Shown here: positions 11,701 to 21,080 of the stretch, one piece after another
How positions within the stretch are numbered: position 1 is the first letter of the stretch
Layout of the letters: each line of letters starts with the position of its first letter
From: an uncultured delta proteobacterium
GTDB taxonomy: Bacteria; Myxococcota; Myxococcia; Myxococcales; Myxococcaceae
Assembly: GCA_963771175.1 (NCBI GenBank)
Contig: CAVYSY010000026.1
Span: 96,001-160,000, forward strand
Reading direction: 5' to 3'
Length of the DNA stretch: 64,000 nt
The notes under the pieces: generated by a model
What the model was told of the DNA's origin: nothing
The model's database searches: none
The model's input: the letters and a program-made list of their open reading frames with translations, nothing else
Translations under genes and position numbers: made by a program

Positions 11701-13984
11701 ATGCTCGTCGTACCGTCCGTGCTGGATGCGGTCACCGTCCATGCCGAGGGCGCGCTCTGCACGCGCCTGGCATCGGTTCCTTTCGACAAGGGCAGACTCC
11801 CCGTACAGGTGCGCATCGAGGGCCTGCCGCTCGGGCTGCGCACCGGCTCGCTCCGGGCCGCCGTGCTCAAGGGCCCCCAGGGACTCCAGGTGCGGGACAT
11901 CCGGCCCGCCTTCGACGTGCGGCTGCCTCCGGAGACGGACATCCCCGCGGCGCAGCGCGCCCTGGAGGACGCCCAGGAGAAGCTCCACGGCCTCTCCGCC
12001 GAGCTGGAGCGCGTGCAGCGCGACCTCCAGTCCCTCCAGAAGCTCAAGCCCGCCTTCCCGCCGCGCAAGAAGGAGGAGCCGAGCGAGCCCCGCGAGTCGG
12101 CGCTCACGGCCCTCCTCTCGCTCGCGGGCTTCGTCGACACGGAGCTCGCCGCCCTGCACGCCCGGCACCTGGAGCTGGAGCGCCAGCACCGCGACGCCAC
12201 CGAGGAGGTGGAGCTGCGCCGCCGGAGGCTGGAGGAGAGCTCGTCCGCGGTGCGGGGCCAGCGCGCCCAGCTCTACCGGGCGGCCGTCCTCACGCTCTCC
12301 GAGGTGGGCCCGGTGGACGAGGGCGCGCAGCTCGCGCTCGAGTACGCGGTCCACGGGGCCCGTTGGGTGCCCGGCTATGACCTGCGGATGCCCCGGAGCC
12401 TCGACGGGGGCACGCTGAACATGCGCGCCTCCATCATCCAGCTCACCGGCGAGGACTGGAGCAACGTGCGGCTGTCCCTGTCCACCGCGGACCTGGCTCG
12501 GCGCGCCGACGTGCCGGAGCTGAAGGCCCTGCGCATCGGCCGTCATCAGCCGCCCCCGGCCCGCTCGGGCTGGCGCGAGCCACCGCCAGGGCTCGACGAG
12601 CTGTTCTCCGGCTACGACTCGGCCCGGCCTTCCCCGCGCAAGCCCGCGCCCCGGCAGGAGCGCACCCGGGCGCGCGAGTTCCCCATGCCTCCGCCGGCCG
12701 AGCCCATGCCGCAGCAGGCGCCCTACGGGAGTGCGCGCCGCCTCCGCCCCCCGCCCCGATGGCGGCGGCGCCGATGCGCGTGTCCCAGTCCATGCGCGCC
12801 GTGGGAGGCGCGCCCGAGACCGCCGAAATGGCCGCGCCCGCGATGGCCCGGCCCTCCATGCCCCTGCGCGGAGGAGCCCCGCCCCCTGCAGCCCGGGAGC
12901 ACCGCCTCCGAGGCCCAAGAGCGCGAACATGATGAAGAGGCGCAGCATGCCCGCCGATGAGGCGCCCATGGAGATGGCGAAGGAGGCGAAGGCGGACATG
13001 CTGTCCGACCTCGATGACGAAGACTCGTTCTCCGACGGATTCGGAGGAGGAGGCGGCCTCGGGGGGAGAGAGCAGCGGCAGGACGCCGGGCTGGAGCCGG
13101 CGGGAGGCCTGCTCGACTACGGCAGCCTGGAGATGGGCTCCGCGAAGGACCCGGCACAGCGTGGGCGGCTGCAGCCCCAGCCCGAGGCCCTGTCTCGGGA
13201 GCTGCTCTCGCTGATGGCCGTCCACGTGCGCGTGGATGTCGTGGCGATCATGGCCCAGTACGAGCGCACCGTGTCCTCCGTCCGGGACGTGCCGCCGCCG
13301 ACCTGGTCCGTGCCGCCGCGCCAGTCCTCGCCGCACTTCGACCACCGCTTCGACGTGGAGGTGCGCGCCGAGGTGCCCTCGGATGGCGTGTGGCACATGG
13401 TGCCCGTCTTCTCCGCCCCGGTGGGACTGAGCGCCGAGTACGTCTGCGTGCCCTCCATGGAATCGCGCGCCTTCCGCACCGTGAAGGTGGAGAACCGCAC
13501 GCCGCACGCGCTGCTCGCCGGCCCGGTGGACGTCACGCTCGGCGACGAGTTCCTGATGACCTCGCCCCTGCCCACGCTCGCGCCCGGCGCCACGCAGCGG
13601 CTGGGCCTGGGCGTCGAGGAGTCCATCAAGGTGTCGCGCAACACGCGCTTCGACGAGGCCTCCGGCGGAATGTTCGGCGGCTCCAACGTGCTCACCCACC
13701 ACGTCAGCATCGAGCTGGCCAACCGCACCCCGCAGCGGGCCGTGGTGGAGGTGCTGGAGCGCATGCCCGCGGTGCCCTCGGCCGAGAAGGACATCAAGGT
13801 GGAGGAGTCCGAGGTCAAGCCCGCCTGGAGCAAGCGCTCGCTCCTGCCCGGCGAGACGCCCGTGGAGGGCGAGCGGGCCTGGAAGGTGACGCTGCAGCCG
13901 GGTGAGACGCAGGCGTTGAACGCGACGTGGGTCGTACGGATTCCCTCGAGCAAGATGCTCGTGGGCGGAAACCGGAGGACGTGA
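11701..13984 (+). CDS. DUF4139/DUF4140 domain protein, frameshift near 12735
   Basis: LDAVTVHAEGALCTR, ARWVPGYDLR, QLTGEDWSNVRLSLST, VPSDGVWH, LLAGPVDV. Confidence 0.85.
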
Positions 13985-15537
13985 TGAGCACCCCCATCCA
14001 TCTGCCCGTCGTGAAGGTCACCGTCCTCGAGGATCGCGCGCTGGTGGAGCGCCGCGGAGACGTGGTGCTGTCCGCCGGCCCCCAGCGGCTGCGCGTGGAG
14101 GGGCTCTCGCCGCTCGCGGTGGACCGGTCGCTCCAGGCCCAGCTCTCGGGGGGCAGCGTGGCGCAGGCCCGCGTGAACCGCACCTGGAAGGAGAAGCCCC
14201 GCGAGGGCGCGCGCGAGCGGAAGACGGAGCTGCGCAACCGCGTGGAGGACCTGGAGGCCGAGTGGAAGCGCGCCCACGCGGACGTGCAGCGGCTCCAGTC
14301 CCGGCTGGAGGTGGTGAACGTGGCGCGCGAGGACGTGCTGCGCTCCATCGCCGAGTTCTCGGGCGTCGGGCGCGCGAAGCCGGAGTCCTGGCACGAGCAG
14401 CTCGAGACGGTGCGCAAGGAGCTGGCCTCCACCGAGGAGGCGCTCCGAGAGGCGCGCAAACACGCGGAGGTGACGCGGCTGCGGCTGGTGGAGACCCAGG
14501 CGGCCATCGCCCAGAGCGAGCAGCCGGAGCCCCAGCTCGTCACCGCCGCCGAGCTGGAAGCGAACCACCCGGAGGGAGGCACAGTCTCGCTGCGCGTGAC
14601 GTACCTGGTGCCGTGCGCCGTGTGGCGGCCGGCGTACCGCGCCACGCTCACCCCCGCCGAGAAGGGTGAGGCGGTAACGCTCGAGTGCGAGGCGGTGGTG
14701 TGGCAGCACACCGAGGAGGAGTGGAAGGACGTGGAGCTGCTGTTCTCCACGGCTCGCCCCACCCTGGGTGCCTCGCCGCCGCGACTGGTGGAGGACTGGC
14801 TGCGGCTGCGCGACAAGAGCGAGCAGGAGAAGCATACGGTGGAGGTGTCCATCCGCGAGGAGGTCATCCAGACCACCGGCGAGGGCGGCGCGAGCCAGAC
14901 GGAGGACATGCCGGGCCTGGACGACGGCGGCGAGGCGCTGACGCTACGGGCGCAGCACCGGGCCACCGTGCCCTGCGATGGCGCGCCCCACCGCGTGCCG
15001 CTGTTCCAGTTCACCGCCCCGGCGACGTCCGAGCTCATCGGCTACCCGGAGCACTCGCCGCTGGTGCACCGGGTGGCGCGCTTCGACAACCGGGGGAGCT
15101 CGGTACTGCTGGCGGGCCCGGTGGACCTGGTGCGCACCAGTGGCTACGTGGGCCGCGCCCAGCTCAAGTTCACCGGCGTGGGCGAGCGGCTCAAGCTGGG
15201 CTTCGGCAGCGAGGACACCCTGCGCATCGCCCGGCTGGAGGACTCGAAGCAGGACACCAACCGGCTCACCGGCCGGCGCACCCGGACGCAGCAGGTGAAG
15301 CTCTTCCTCTCCAACACCGGCACCCGCCCCGAGAAGGTGGTCATCGAGGAGCGCATGCCCGTCTCCGAGGTGGAGGCCGTGGAGGTGAAGCTGCTTCAGG
15401 AGCAGACGAAGCCCGCCCCCGCGAAGGTGAGCGAGGACGGCATCGTGCGCTTCGAGCTGGCCGCCCCGCCGCGCTCGCAGCAGGAGCTCGCCTTCGCCTT
15501 CTCGGTGGCCAGTTCCTCCAAGGTGGCCGGGCTCTGA
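13984..15537 (+). CDS. DUF4139/DUF4140 (MuiA-like) protein
   Basis: VTVLEDRALVER, AVWRPAYRA, WQHTEEEWKDVELLFSTARP, LLAGPVDL. Paralog of the upstream gene. Confidence 0.85.
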   Translation: MSTPIHLPVVKVTVLEDRALVERRGDVVLSAGPQRLRVEGLSPLAVDRSLQAQLSGGSVAQARVNRTWKEKPREGARERKTELRNRVEDLEAEWKRAHADVQRLQSRLEVVNVAREDVLRSIAEFSGVGRAKPESWHEQLETVRKELASTEEALREARKHAEVTRLRLVETQAAIAQSEQPEPQLVTAAELEANHPEGGTVSLRVTYLVPCAVWRPAYRATLTPAEKGEAVTLECEAVVWQHTEEEWKDVELLFSTARPTLGASPPRLVEDWLRLRDKSEQEKHTVEVSIREEVIQTTGEGGASQTEDMPGLDDGGEALTLRAQHRATVPCDGAPHRVPLFQFTAPATSELIGYPEHSPLVHRVARFDNRGSSVLLAGPVDLVRTSGYVGRAQLKFTGVGERLKLGFGSEDTLRIARLEDSKQDTNRLTGRRTRTQQVKLFLSNTGTRPEKVVIEERMPVSEVEAVEVKLLQEQTKPAPAKVSEDGIVRFELAAPPRSQQELAFAFSVASSSKVAGL

Positions 15538-15576
15538 TACCCGGCTGCTGTAGCCCTGCGAGGGTCCGCCGTGCGC

Positions 15577-16260
15577 TCAGGTGTAGTCCCGGACGATGAC
15601 CTCGCCGGGCTGGGGCGCGGCCAGCAGCAGGTTCAGCGCATCCATGAGGATCCACTTCTGGAGCGCTTCGTCCCCAGGCTTCCCGAGCGAGTGCCCCGCG
15701 ATGAATCCACGCGGGCACAGCGCCCGGGGTGGCCGGGCCTGAGCACTCTCCTCGGGCTCCACGGTGATGAGCACCGTGGGGATGCCGATCATCTCGATGA
15801 ATCTCTGCACCGTGACCACGGTGCGATGGCAGAGGCGTCAACCGCCGGTGAGCAGCACCGCGTCCGGCCTCACCTTGTCCACCTCGCGGACCAGCTCGGG
15901 GATGGTGGTCTCGCGCAGCTCACGCAGGGCCTGACTGAAGCCCAGGGAGAAATGCTGCTCGCTCAGGCCCCCGATTCGCCCCTCGCGCGTCAAAGAGCAC
16001 AGCCGGTCGATGGGAAAGACACAGTTGAGGTCCTTGTCGACGCACGCATGGTCGTAGTGGGTGTCGTCGTAGGCGAGGTCCGCGGTGGTCATGTCGCTGC
16101 GGATGACACGGAAGCTCGTGTCCCCTTCCAGGGCGAAAGGCTTGTCATTCTTCTGACGGACCGCGGCGGTCGTCACGAGGCAGATCGATGACTCCTCGAG
16201 CTTGCGGCGGAACGGCGTGAACGGAATGCAGTAGCGAGAGAGCTCGATCGGTTTTTGCAT
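15577..16260 (-). CDS. PrdB/GrdB-like (glycine/betaine/sarcosine/D-proline reductase selenoprotein B family) selenoprotein; Sec at TGA 15838-15840
   Basis: ORFs 15838-16269 and 15577-15819 are in the same frame, joined by TGA CGC CTC TGC CAT CGC ACC = DAVLLTGG-U-RLCHRTV. Family motifs PFTP, LVTTAAV, GDTSFRVI, HYD, DLNCVFPIDRL and GIPTV are present. SECIS-like hairpin follows the TGA. Confidence 0.88.
15803..15834 (-). promoter_or_regulatory. bacterial SECIS-like hairpin of the PrdB-like gene
   Basis: mRNA CUCU-GCCAUC-GCACCGU-[GGUC]-ACGGUGC-AGAG: perfect 7-bp apical stem, G-initiated loop starting 20 nt after UGA. Confidence 0.75.
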
Positions 16261-16283
16261 CTGCCTCACCAGTGTCCGAGGAC

Positions 16284-16316
16284 CGCGGGGTGGCCGCGCG
16301 GAGGAGCCACCCCGCG
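16284..16316. repeat. 11-bp inverted repeat between the two selenoprotein genes
   Basis: CGCGGGGTGGC (16284-16294) pairs with GCCACCCCGCG (16306-16316); no U-tract. Confidence 0.6.
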
Positions 16317-16349
16317 AAGGGTTGCCGCCGATGAAACACGCGCCAGCGC

Positions 16350-16856
16350 CTATTTCAGTTTGTCGAGTGCCTCCATGATCTTGTCGGTGGGCGGCTGCTC
16401 GCCGATGTCGTGGATGTCGATGTACCGAAGGATGCCCTGCTTATCGACGACGAAGATCGCCCGTTCGACGGTGCCTGAACCTCTCATCACACCGTACTGG
16501 GTCGCGACAAAACCATACGGCCAGTTGTCGCTCAGGAGCGGATAGGACAACCCGCCCATCGACTTCGCCCACGCATCATTGCTGTAAACCATGTCCGTCG
16601 AGATGCCCAGGACCTGGGCATTGCGCCGCTCGAACTCGGAGAGATCCTCCTCGTACGACGGCATCTGGATCGTTCAAACAGGTGTGAACGCGGCGGGGTA
16701 GAAGACGAGCACCACGGCCTTCTTGCCGCGGTAATCACTCAGACGGATCGTCTTGTGCTTCTCTCCCTTGCCGGCGGTGTCGCCGGTGGCCATGAGCGCG
16801 AAGTCGGGGGCTTCTTCTCCGACCGAGAGCTTCCAGACCGGCCTGTGCGTCGCCAT
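16350..16856 (-). CDS. AhpE-type peroxiredoxin selenoprotein; Sec at TGA 16674-16676
   Basis: ORFs 16674-16856 and 16350-16664 are in frame: FYPAAFTPV-TGA-TIQMPSY puts TGA at the peroxidatic Cys of PxxxTxxC. Also VLGISTD, LLSDNWPYG (AhpE-like) and ERAIFVVDKQG with the conserved Arg. GGAG RBS. Confidence 0.9.
16625..16662 (-). promoter_or_regulatory. possible SECIS hairpin of the peroxiredoxin gene
   Basis: mRNA GCCG-UCG..GGAG-[GAUCU]-CUCC..CGA-G-CGGC; G-initiated apical loop about 27 nt after UGA. Folded by eye only. Confidence 0.55.
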
Positions 16857-17136
16857 GACGGGTCTCCTGGGTGAGGGTTGGGTACGGCGGCCCTACGTTA
16901 GAGGCACTCCCAGCCGAATCTAGTCACGGCGCGGCATCAGCGTTGGCCAGCCGACAAGGGGCGCCCTGGTACGCTCCCACTCCGAGCACCCAGGGCCGCA
17001 TCCGTGCCCGACCCGAGCGCGATCACCGCGCGACTTCGTCAAAGCAGCTCTTGCTTCCTTCCGGAAGCGGACGCTTTGCTGCTCGCCCCGAGGAGCGCCC
17101 GGTGGAGAACCCCTTCCCCCCGGGCACACACGCCCC

Positions 17137-20100
17137 ATGACAGACAGAAGGATCCTCCTGCACCCCGGCCTGCTCGTGCTGGCCGTGTGCATGACTGGCA
17201 ACGTGGCCCTGGCGCAAGGCACCTCCGTGCTCCTGGGCACGGTGGTGGATGCCTCCAACCGGAAGCCGGTGATGGACGTGGTGGTGACGGCGACCTCGCC
17301 CGCCCTCCAGGGCGAGCAGACGGTCGTCACCGACCAGTCCGGCCAGTACCGCATCCCCCAGCTTCCTCCCGGCGTGTACACGCTGAGATTCGACAAGGAG
17401 TCCTACAAGCCCCTCTCCCGCGAGAACATCGGCGTCCGGTTGGACTACTCGGTGCGCGTCAACGTGGAGCTCCTGCCCGAGGCGCTCGGCGAGGAGATCA
17501 ACGTGGTGGCCCAGGCGCCCACCGTCGACATCGGCTCCACCTCCACGGGGGTGAACGTCAGCAAGGACTTCCTGCGCAACATCGCCGTCGTCTCCCCGAG
17601 CGGCAAGGGCGCGGCGTCGCGCTCCTTCGAGTCGCTGGCGGAGCTGGCCCCGGGCGCCAACGCCGACACCTACGGCGTCTCCGTCAACGGCGCCACCTCG
17701 CCGGAGAACCAATACATCGTCGACGGCGTCTCGGTGAATGACCCGGGCTTCGGCATCAACGGCACCCCGCTGAGCGTGGAGTTCATCGGCGAGGTGAGCG
17801 TCATCAGCGGCGGCTACCTGCCCGAGTACGGCCGCTCCACCGGTGGCGTGGTCAACGCGGTGACGAAGTCGGGCTCCAACGAGTTCCACGGCTCGGTGTT
17901 CGGCAACCTCACCCCGGGCGCACTCTCCCCCCGGGGAACGGAGCTCCGCCAGGAGGCCGGCACCATCTCCGGTCAGGCGTCGCCGTGGAACCTGGGGGAC
18001 TTCGGCTTCGAGGTGGGAGGCCCCATCCTCCGGGACAAGCTCTGGTTCTACACGGGCGTGGCCCCCTCCTTCACCCGCTACCAGTTGGAGCGCAACCTCA
18101 ACGCCCTGGTGCTGGACGAGAACGGCAACACCGTGCAGGACGAGCGGGGCTTCACCCAGACCCAGCGCATCGAGGGCACGCGGCGGCTCTACTTCGCGGA
18201 CCAGCGCACCTTCCAGTTCATCGGCAAGCTCACCTACCTGCTCAACCAGGACCACAACGTCAGCGTGTCCGTGACGGGTACGCCCTCGTCCTCGGGAGGC
18301 GAGGGTCGCTTCGCCATCAGTGAGCGCACCGGCGCCCCAGAGGTGGAGCGCATCTCCGGCCAGCAGGGGGCCATCGCCACCCAGCGCATCGCCAGCAGCT
18401 TCGACACCAGCCTCAAGTGGTCCTCCTCCTTCCTGGACAAGCGCCTGCTCTTCAACGCGACCCTCGGCTGGCACCACCAGGATGCCAGCGTGCGCGCCTC
18501 GGACGGCTCGCGGGCCGGCAGCCTCACGGGGCTCTCTGGCGTCTCCAACACCACCTGGCAGCGCACCACCCCGGGCCAGCACTCCATCACCGAGTTCGAG
18601 GACCTGCCGGATCCCTCCGTCTGCCTCTCGCCCACGCCCGAGCTGGCCACGCGCTGCCCGGTGCTCAGCTACATGACGGGTGGCCCGGGTCGCCTCGACG
18701 AGAGCAAGCTGGACCGCTACCAGGGCAAGCTGGTGGGCACCCTGCTGCTCCAGGGCGCGGGCCAGCACGTCATCAAGGCGGGCGTGGACCTCGAGCAGAT
18801 GCGCTACGACCACATCCGGGCCGTGAGCGGCAGGACCGTCCTCATCGAGGCGGATGACGGGGCCTATTTCTATGACTACCGCCAGTACGGGTACCTCACC
18901 GGCCCGGACCAGGTGCTCATCCAGGACTTCCAGCACCCGGTGTCCACGTCCAACTCCATCGGGGGCTTCGTGCAGGACAGCTGGAGCCTGTTCGACATGG
19001 CCACCCTCAACGTGGGGTTGCGCTACGACGTCCAGCAGCTCATCGGCGGTGGACAGCTCGCCATGGTGCTGGCCAACCAGTGGTCGCCCCGGCTGGGATT
19101 GATCGTCGACCCCACCCGCTCCGGCAAGGCCAAGCTCTACGCCAACTACGCCCGCTACTACGAGAGCGTCCCGTTGGACCTCGTGGACCGCTCGTTCCCC
19201 GGCGAGCCCGGCGTGCGCTCGGAGAAGGACTCCCGCGTGTGCGATCCGAGAGATCCGGCGCAGCAGCAGGGCACCTGCTCCAACGACAGCGCGCGCCTGG
19301 CCTTCCGGCCCGGGCTGGACGCCAACCGCCTGTGGGAGACCGTGGGCGCTGGCGCCACCATCGTGGACCCCACCATCCAACCCCAGTCCACCGACGAGTT
19401 CGTGGTGGGTGGCGAGTACGAGCTGCTGGCCAACGCCCGTGCCGGCCTGTCCTATACGCGGCGCTCCCTCAACATCGCCATCGAGGACATGAGCCGGGAT
19501 GACGGCGCCACCTACTTCATCGGCAACCCGGGGCGCGGCTTCGCCAAGGACTTCGTCGAGCCACAGCGCACGTATGACGCGGTGACGCTCTTCTTCCAGA
19601 AGAACTTCGCCGACCAGTGGCTCGCCCAGGTCAGCTACACGTGGTCCTCCCTGCGCGGCAACTACGAGGGCCTGTTCCGCTCCGACACCGGCCAGCTCGA
19701 TCCGAACATCAACTCCGACTTCGACCTCGTCTCCCTGCTGCCCAACCGCCAAGGCCCGCTGCCGGCCGACCGCACACACCAGCTCAAGGCGTTCGGCGCA
19801 CGCGAGTTCGTCCTGCGACCCGACCTGAGCATCAACCTCGGCATGTCCTACCGGGGCGCCTCCGGCACGCCGTACAGCTACCTCGGGGCGCACGAGGACT
19901 ACGGTCCGGGACAGGCCTTCATCCTGCCGCGCGGAGAAGCGGGCCGCCTGCCCTGGGTGCACCGCATCGACAGCCGTCTGGCCCTCAACTACCGGCTGAC
20001 CCGCGAGCTCACCGCCTCGCTCAGCGTGGATGTCTTCAACCTCTTCAACTTCCAGGCGCCCGTCTCGTACGACCAGAACTACACGTACTCGGCCGTGCTG

Positions 20101-20256
20101 CCCATCGAGGGGGGAAGCGCGAGCGATCTGCCCGCGAAGCTGGTGGACCCCGACGGCAACCCGGTCGATGCGGCGTCCCTCAACAAGAACTTCGGCAAGC
20201 CCCTCGCCTACCAGTCGCCGCGCTCCTTCCGGTTCGGCGCCCGGGTGTCCTTCTAG
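17137..20256 (+). CDS. Oar-like TonB-dependent receptor with N-terminal carboxypeptidase-regulatory-like domain
   Basis: Signal peptide; ATSPALQGEQTVVTDQSGQYRIPQLPPGVY; plug ENQYIVDG...GGYLPEYGRSTGGVVNAVTKSGSNEFHGS; C-terminal FRFGARVSF. Confidence 0.92.
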   Translation: MTDRRILLHPGLLVLAVCMTGNVALAQGTSVLLGTVVDASNRKPVMDVVVTATSPALQGEQTVVTDQSGQYRIPQLPPGVYTLRFDKESYKPLSRENIGVRLDYSVRVNVELLPEALGEEINVVAQAPTVDIGSTSTGVNVSKDFLRNIAVVSPSGKGAASRSFESLAELAPGANADTYGVSVNGATSPENQYIVDGVSVNDPGFGINGTPLSVEFIGEVSVISGGYLPEYGRSTGGVVNAVTKSGSNEFHGSVFGNLTPGALSPRGTELRQEAGTISGQASPWNLGDFGFEVGGPILRDKLWFYTGVAPSFTRYQLERNLNALVLDENGNTVQDERGFTQTQRIEGTRRLYFADQRTFQFIGKLTYLLNQDHNVSVSVTGTPSSSGGEGRFAISERTGAPEVERISGQQGAIATQRIASSFDTSLKWSSSFLDKRLLFNATLGWHHQDASVRASDGSRAGSLTGLSGVSNTTWQRTTPGQHSITEFEDLPDPSVCLSPTPELATRCPVLSYMTGGPGRLDESKLDRYQGKLVGTLLLQGAGQHVIKAGVDLEQMRYDHIRAVSGRTVLIEADDGAYFYDYRQYGYLTGPDQVLIQDFQHPVSTSNSIGGFVQDSWSLFDMATLNVGLRYDVQQLIGGGQLAMVLANQWSPRLGLIVDPTRSGKAKLYANYARYYESVPLDLVDRSFPGEPGVRSEKDSRVCDPRDPAQQQGTCSNDSARLAFRPGLDANRLWETVGAGATIVDPTIQPQSTDEFVVGGEYELLANARAGLSYTRRSLNIAIEDMSRDDGATYFIGNPGRGFAKDFVEPQRTYDAVTLFFQKNFADQWLAQVSYTWSSLRGNYEGLFRSDTGQLDPNINSDFDLVSLLPNRQGPLPADRTHQLKAFGAREFVLRPDLSINLGMSYRGASGTPYSYLGAHEDYGPGQAFILPRGEAGRLPWVHRIDSRLALNYRLTRELTASLSVDVFNLFNFQAPVSYDQNYTYSAVLPIEGGSASDLPAKLVDPDGNPVDAASLNKNFGKPLAYQSPRSFRFGARVSF

Positions 20257-20285
20257 CGACCATGGACAGGAAAGGTCTCTCACAC

Positions 20286-20942
20286 ATGACTCGACGAATC
20301 CTCGGGCTGGCGGCGGCCGCCGCCCTCGCTCCCGCCTGTGACACGACGCAGCCGCCCATCGGCTGCCCGGTGCAGAGCCTGGAGTGGGCTGCCACCTACA
20401 AGCCGAAGGGCACGAGCACCTGCCCCGTGAAGGCGGGGGAGCAGCTCGGCATCCAGAAGTTCTCCACGCCCACCGGCGACGAGCGGCTCTCCATCAACCC
20501 CGCGACGCTCGTCGCGCTCGGGGAGCGAGACCCGGCGCACGTGTCGCACTCGCTCGGCGCGCTGGCCAGGGCCTCGGACGAGGAGGGGTTCTGCTCCGTC
20601 ACGGACGTGGCGGTCGCGGAGAAGCACGCTCCCGCCGACCCGAGCCGGGATCTGTCCTCCTCGGACATCGTCTACCGTTGGAGCAACGTCCGGGTGCTCG
20701 CCACTCCGCGGGCCCCGGGGACGCAACTGGTGGCGGAGCTGGAGTACACCGAGAACGGGTGCACCGCGCAGTACGAGGTGTGGGCGATGTGGCCTGGGGA
20801 CATCGACTGCGCGGACGCGGCCGGAAAGCCCGACAACACCCTTTGCGAGACGGCGGGGAGCATCAATCCCGATTTCGAGGTCACCTGCGATCCCACCCAG
20901 CTCCGCTGCGTCCCGGCGAAACGTCCGCCGTCCCTGAAGTAG
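20286..20942 (+). CDS. MlpA-like Cys-rich lipoprotein, partner of the Oar-like receptor
   Basis: Lipobox LAPAC; QPPIGC..W, YRWSNV, PGTQLVAELEYTENGCTAQY, GSINPDF..CD...CV. Directly downstream of the Oar-like gene, as in oar-mlpA. Confidence 0.75.
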   Translation: MTRRILGLAAAAALAPACDTTQPPIGCPVQSLEWAATYKPKGTSTCPVKAGEQLGIQKFSTPTGDERLSINPATLVALGERDPAHVSHSLGALARASDEEGFCSVTDVAVAEKHAPADPSRDLSSSDIVYRWSNVRVLATPRAPGTQLVAELEYTENGCTAQYEVWAMWPGDIDCADAAGKPDNTLCETAGSINPDFEVTCDPTQLRCVPAKRPPSLK

Positions 20943-20967
20943 CTCCAGAGGGTTGAGCCATAGCGGA

Positions 20968-20999
20968 CCCCGAGGGAGCGGACGCGCGTTCCTTCGGGG
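20968..20999 (+). terminator. stem-loop after the oar/mlpA-like operon
   Basis: CCCCGAGGGAGCG...CGTTCCTTCGGGG inverted repeat; weak U-tract. Confidence 0.4.
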
Positions 21000-21080
21000 T
21001 ATCCACCCGTGCGGGTTGTCAGTGGCCCTTGCTATACGTCGCGCCGCTGCCACGTACCGCAGCCCGAGGGGAAACCGCAC

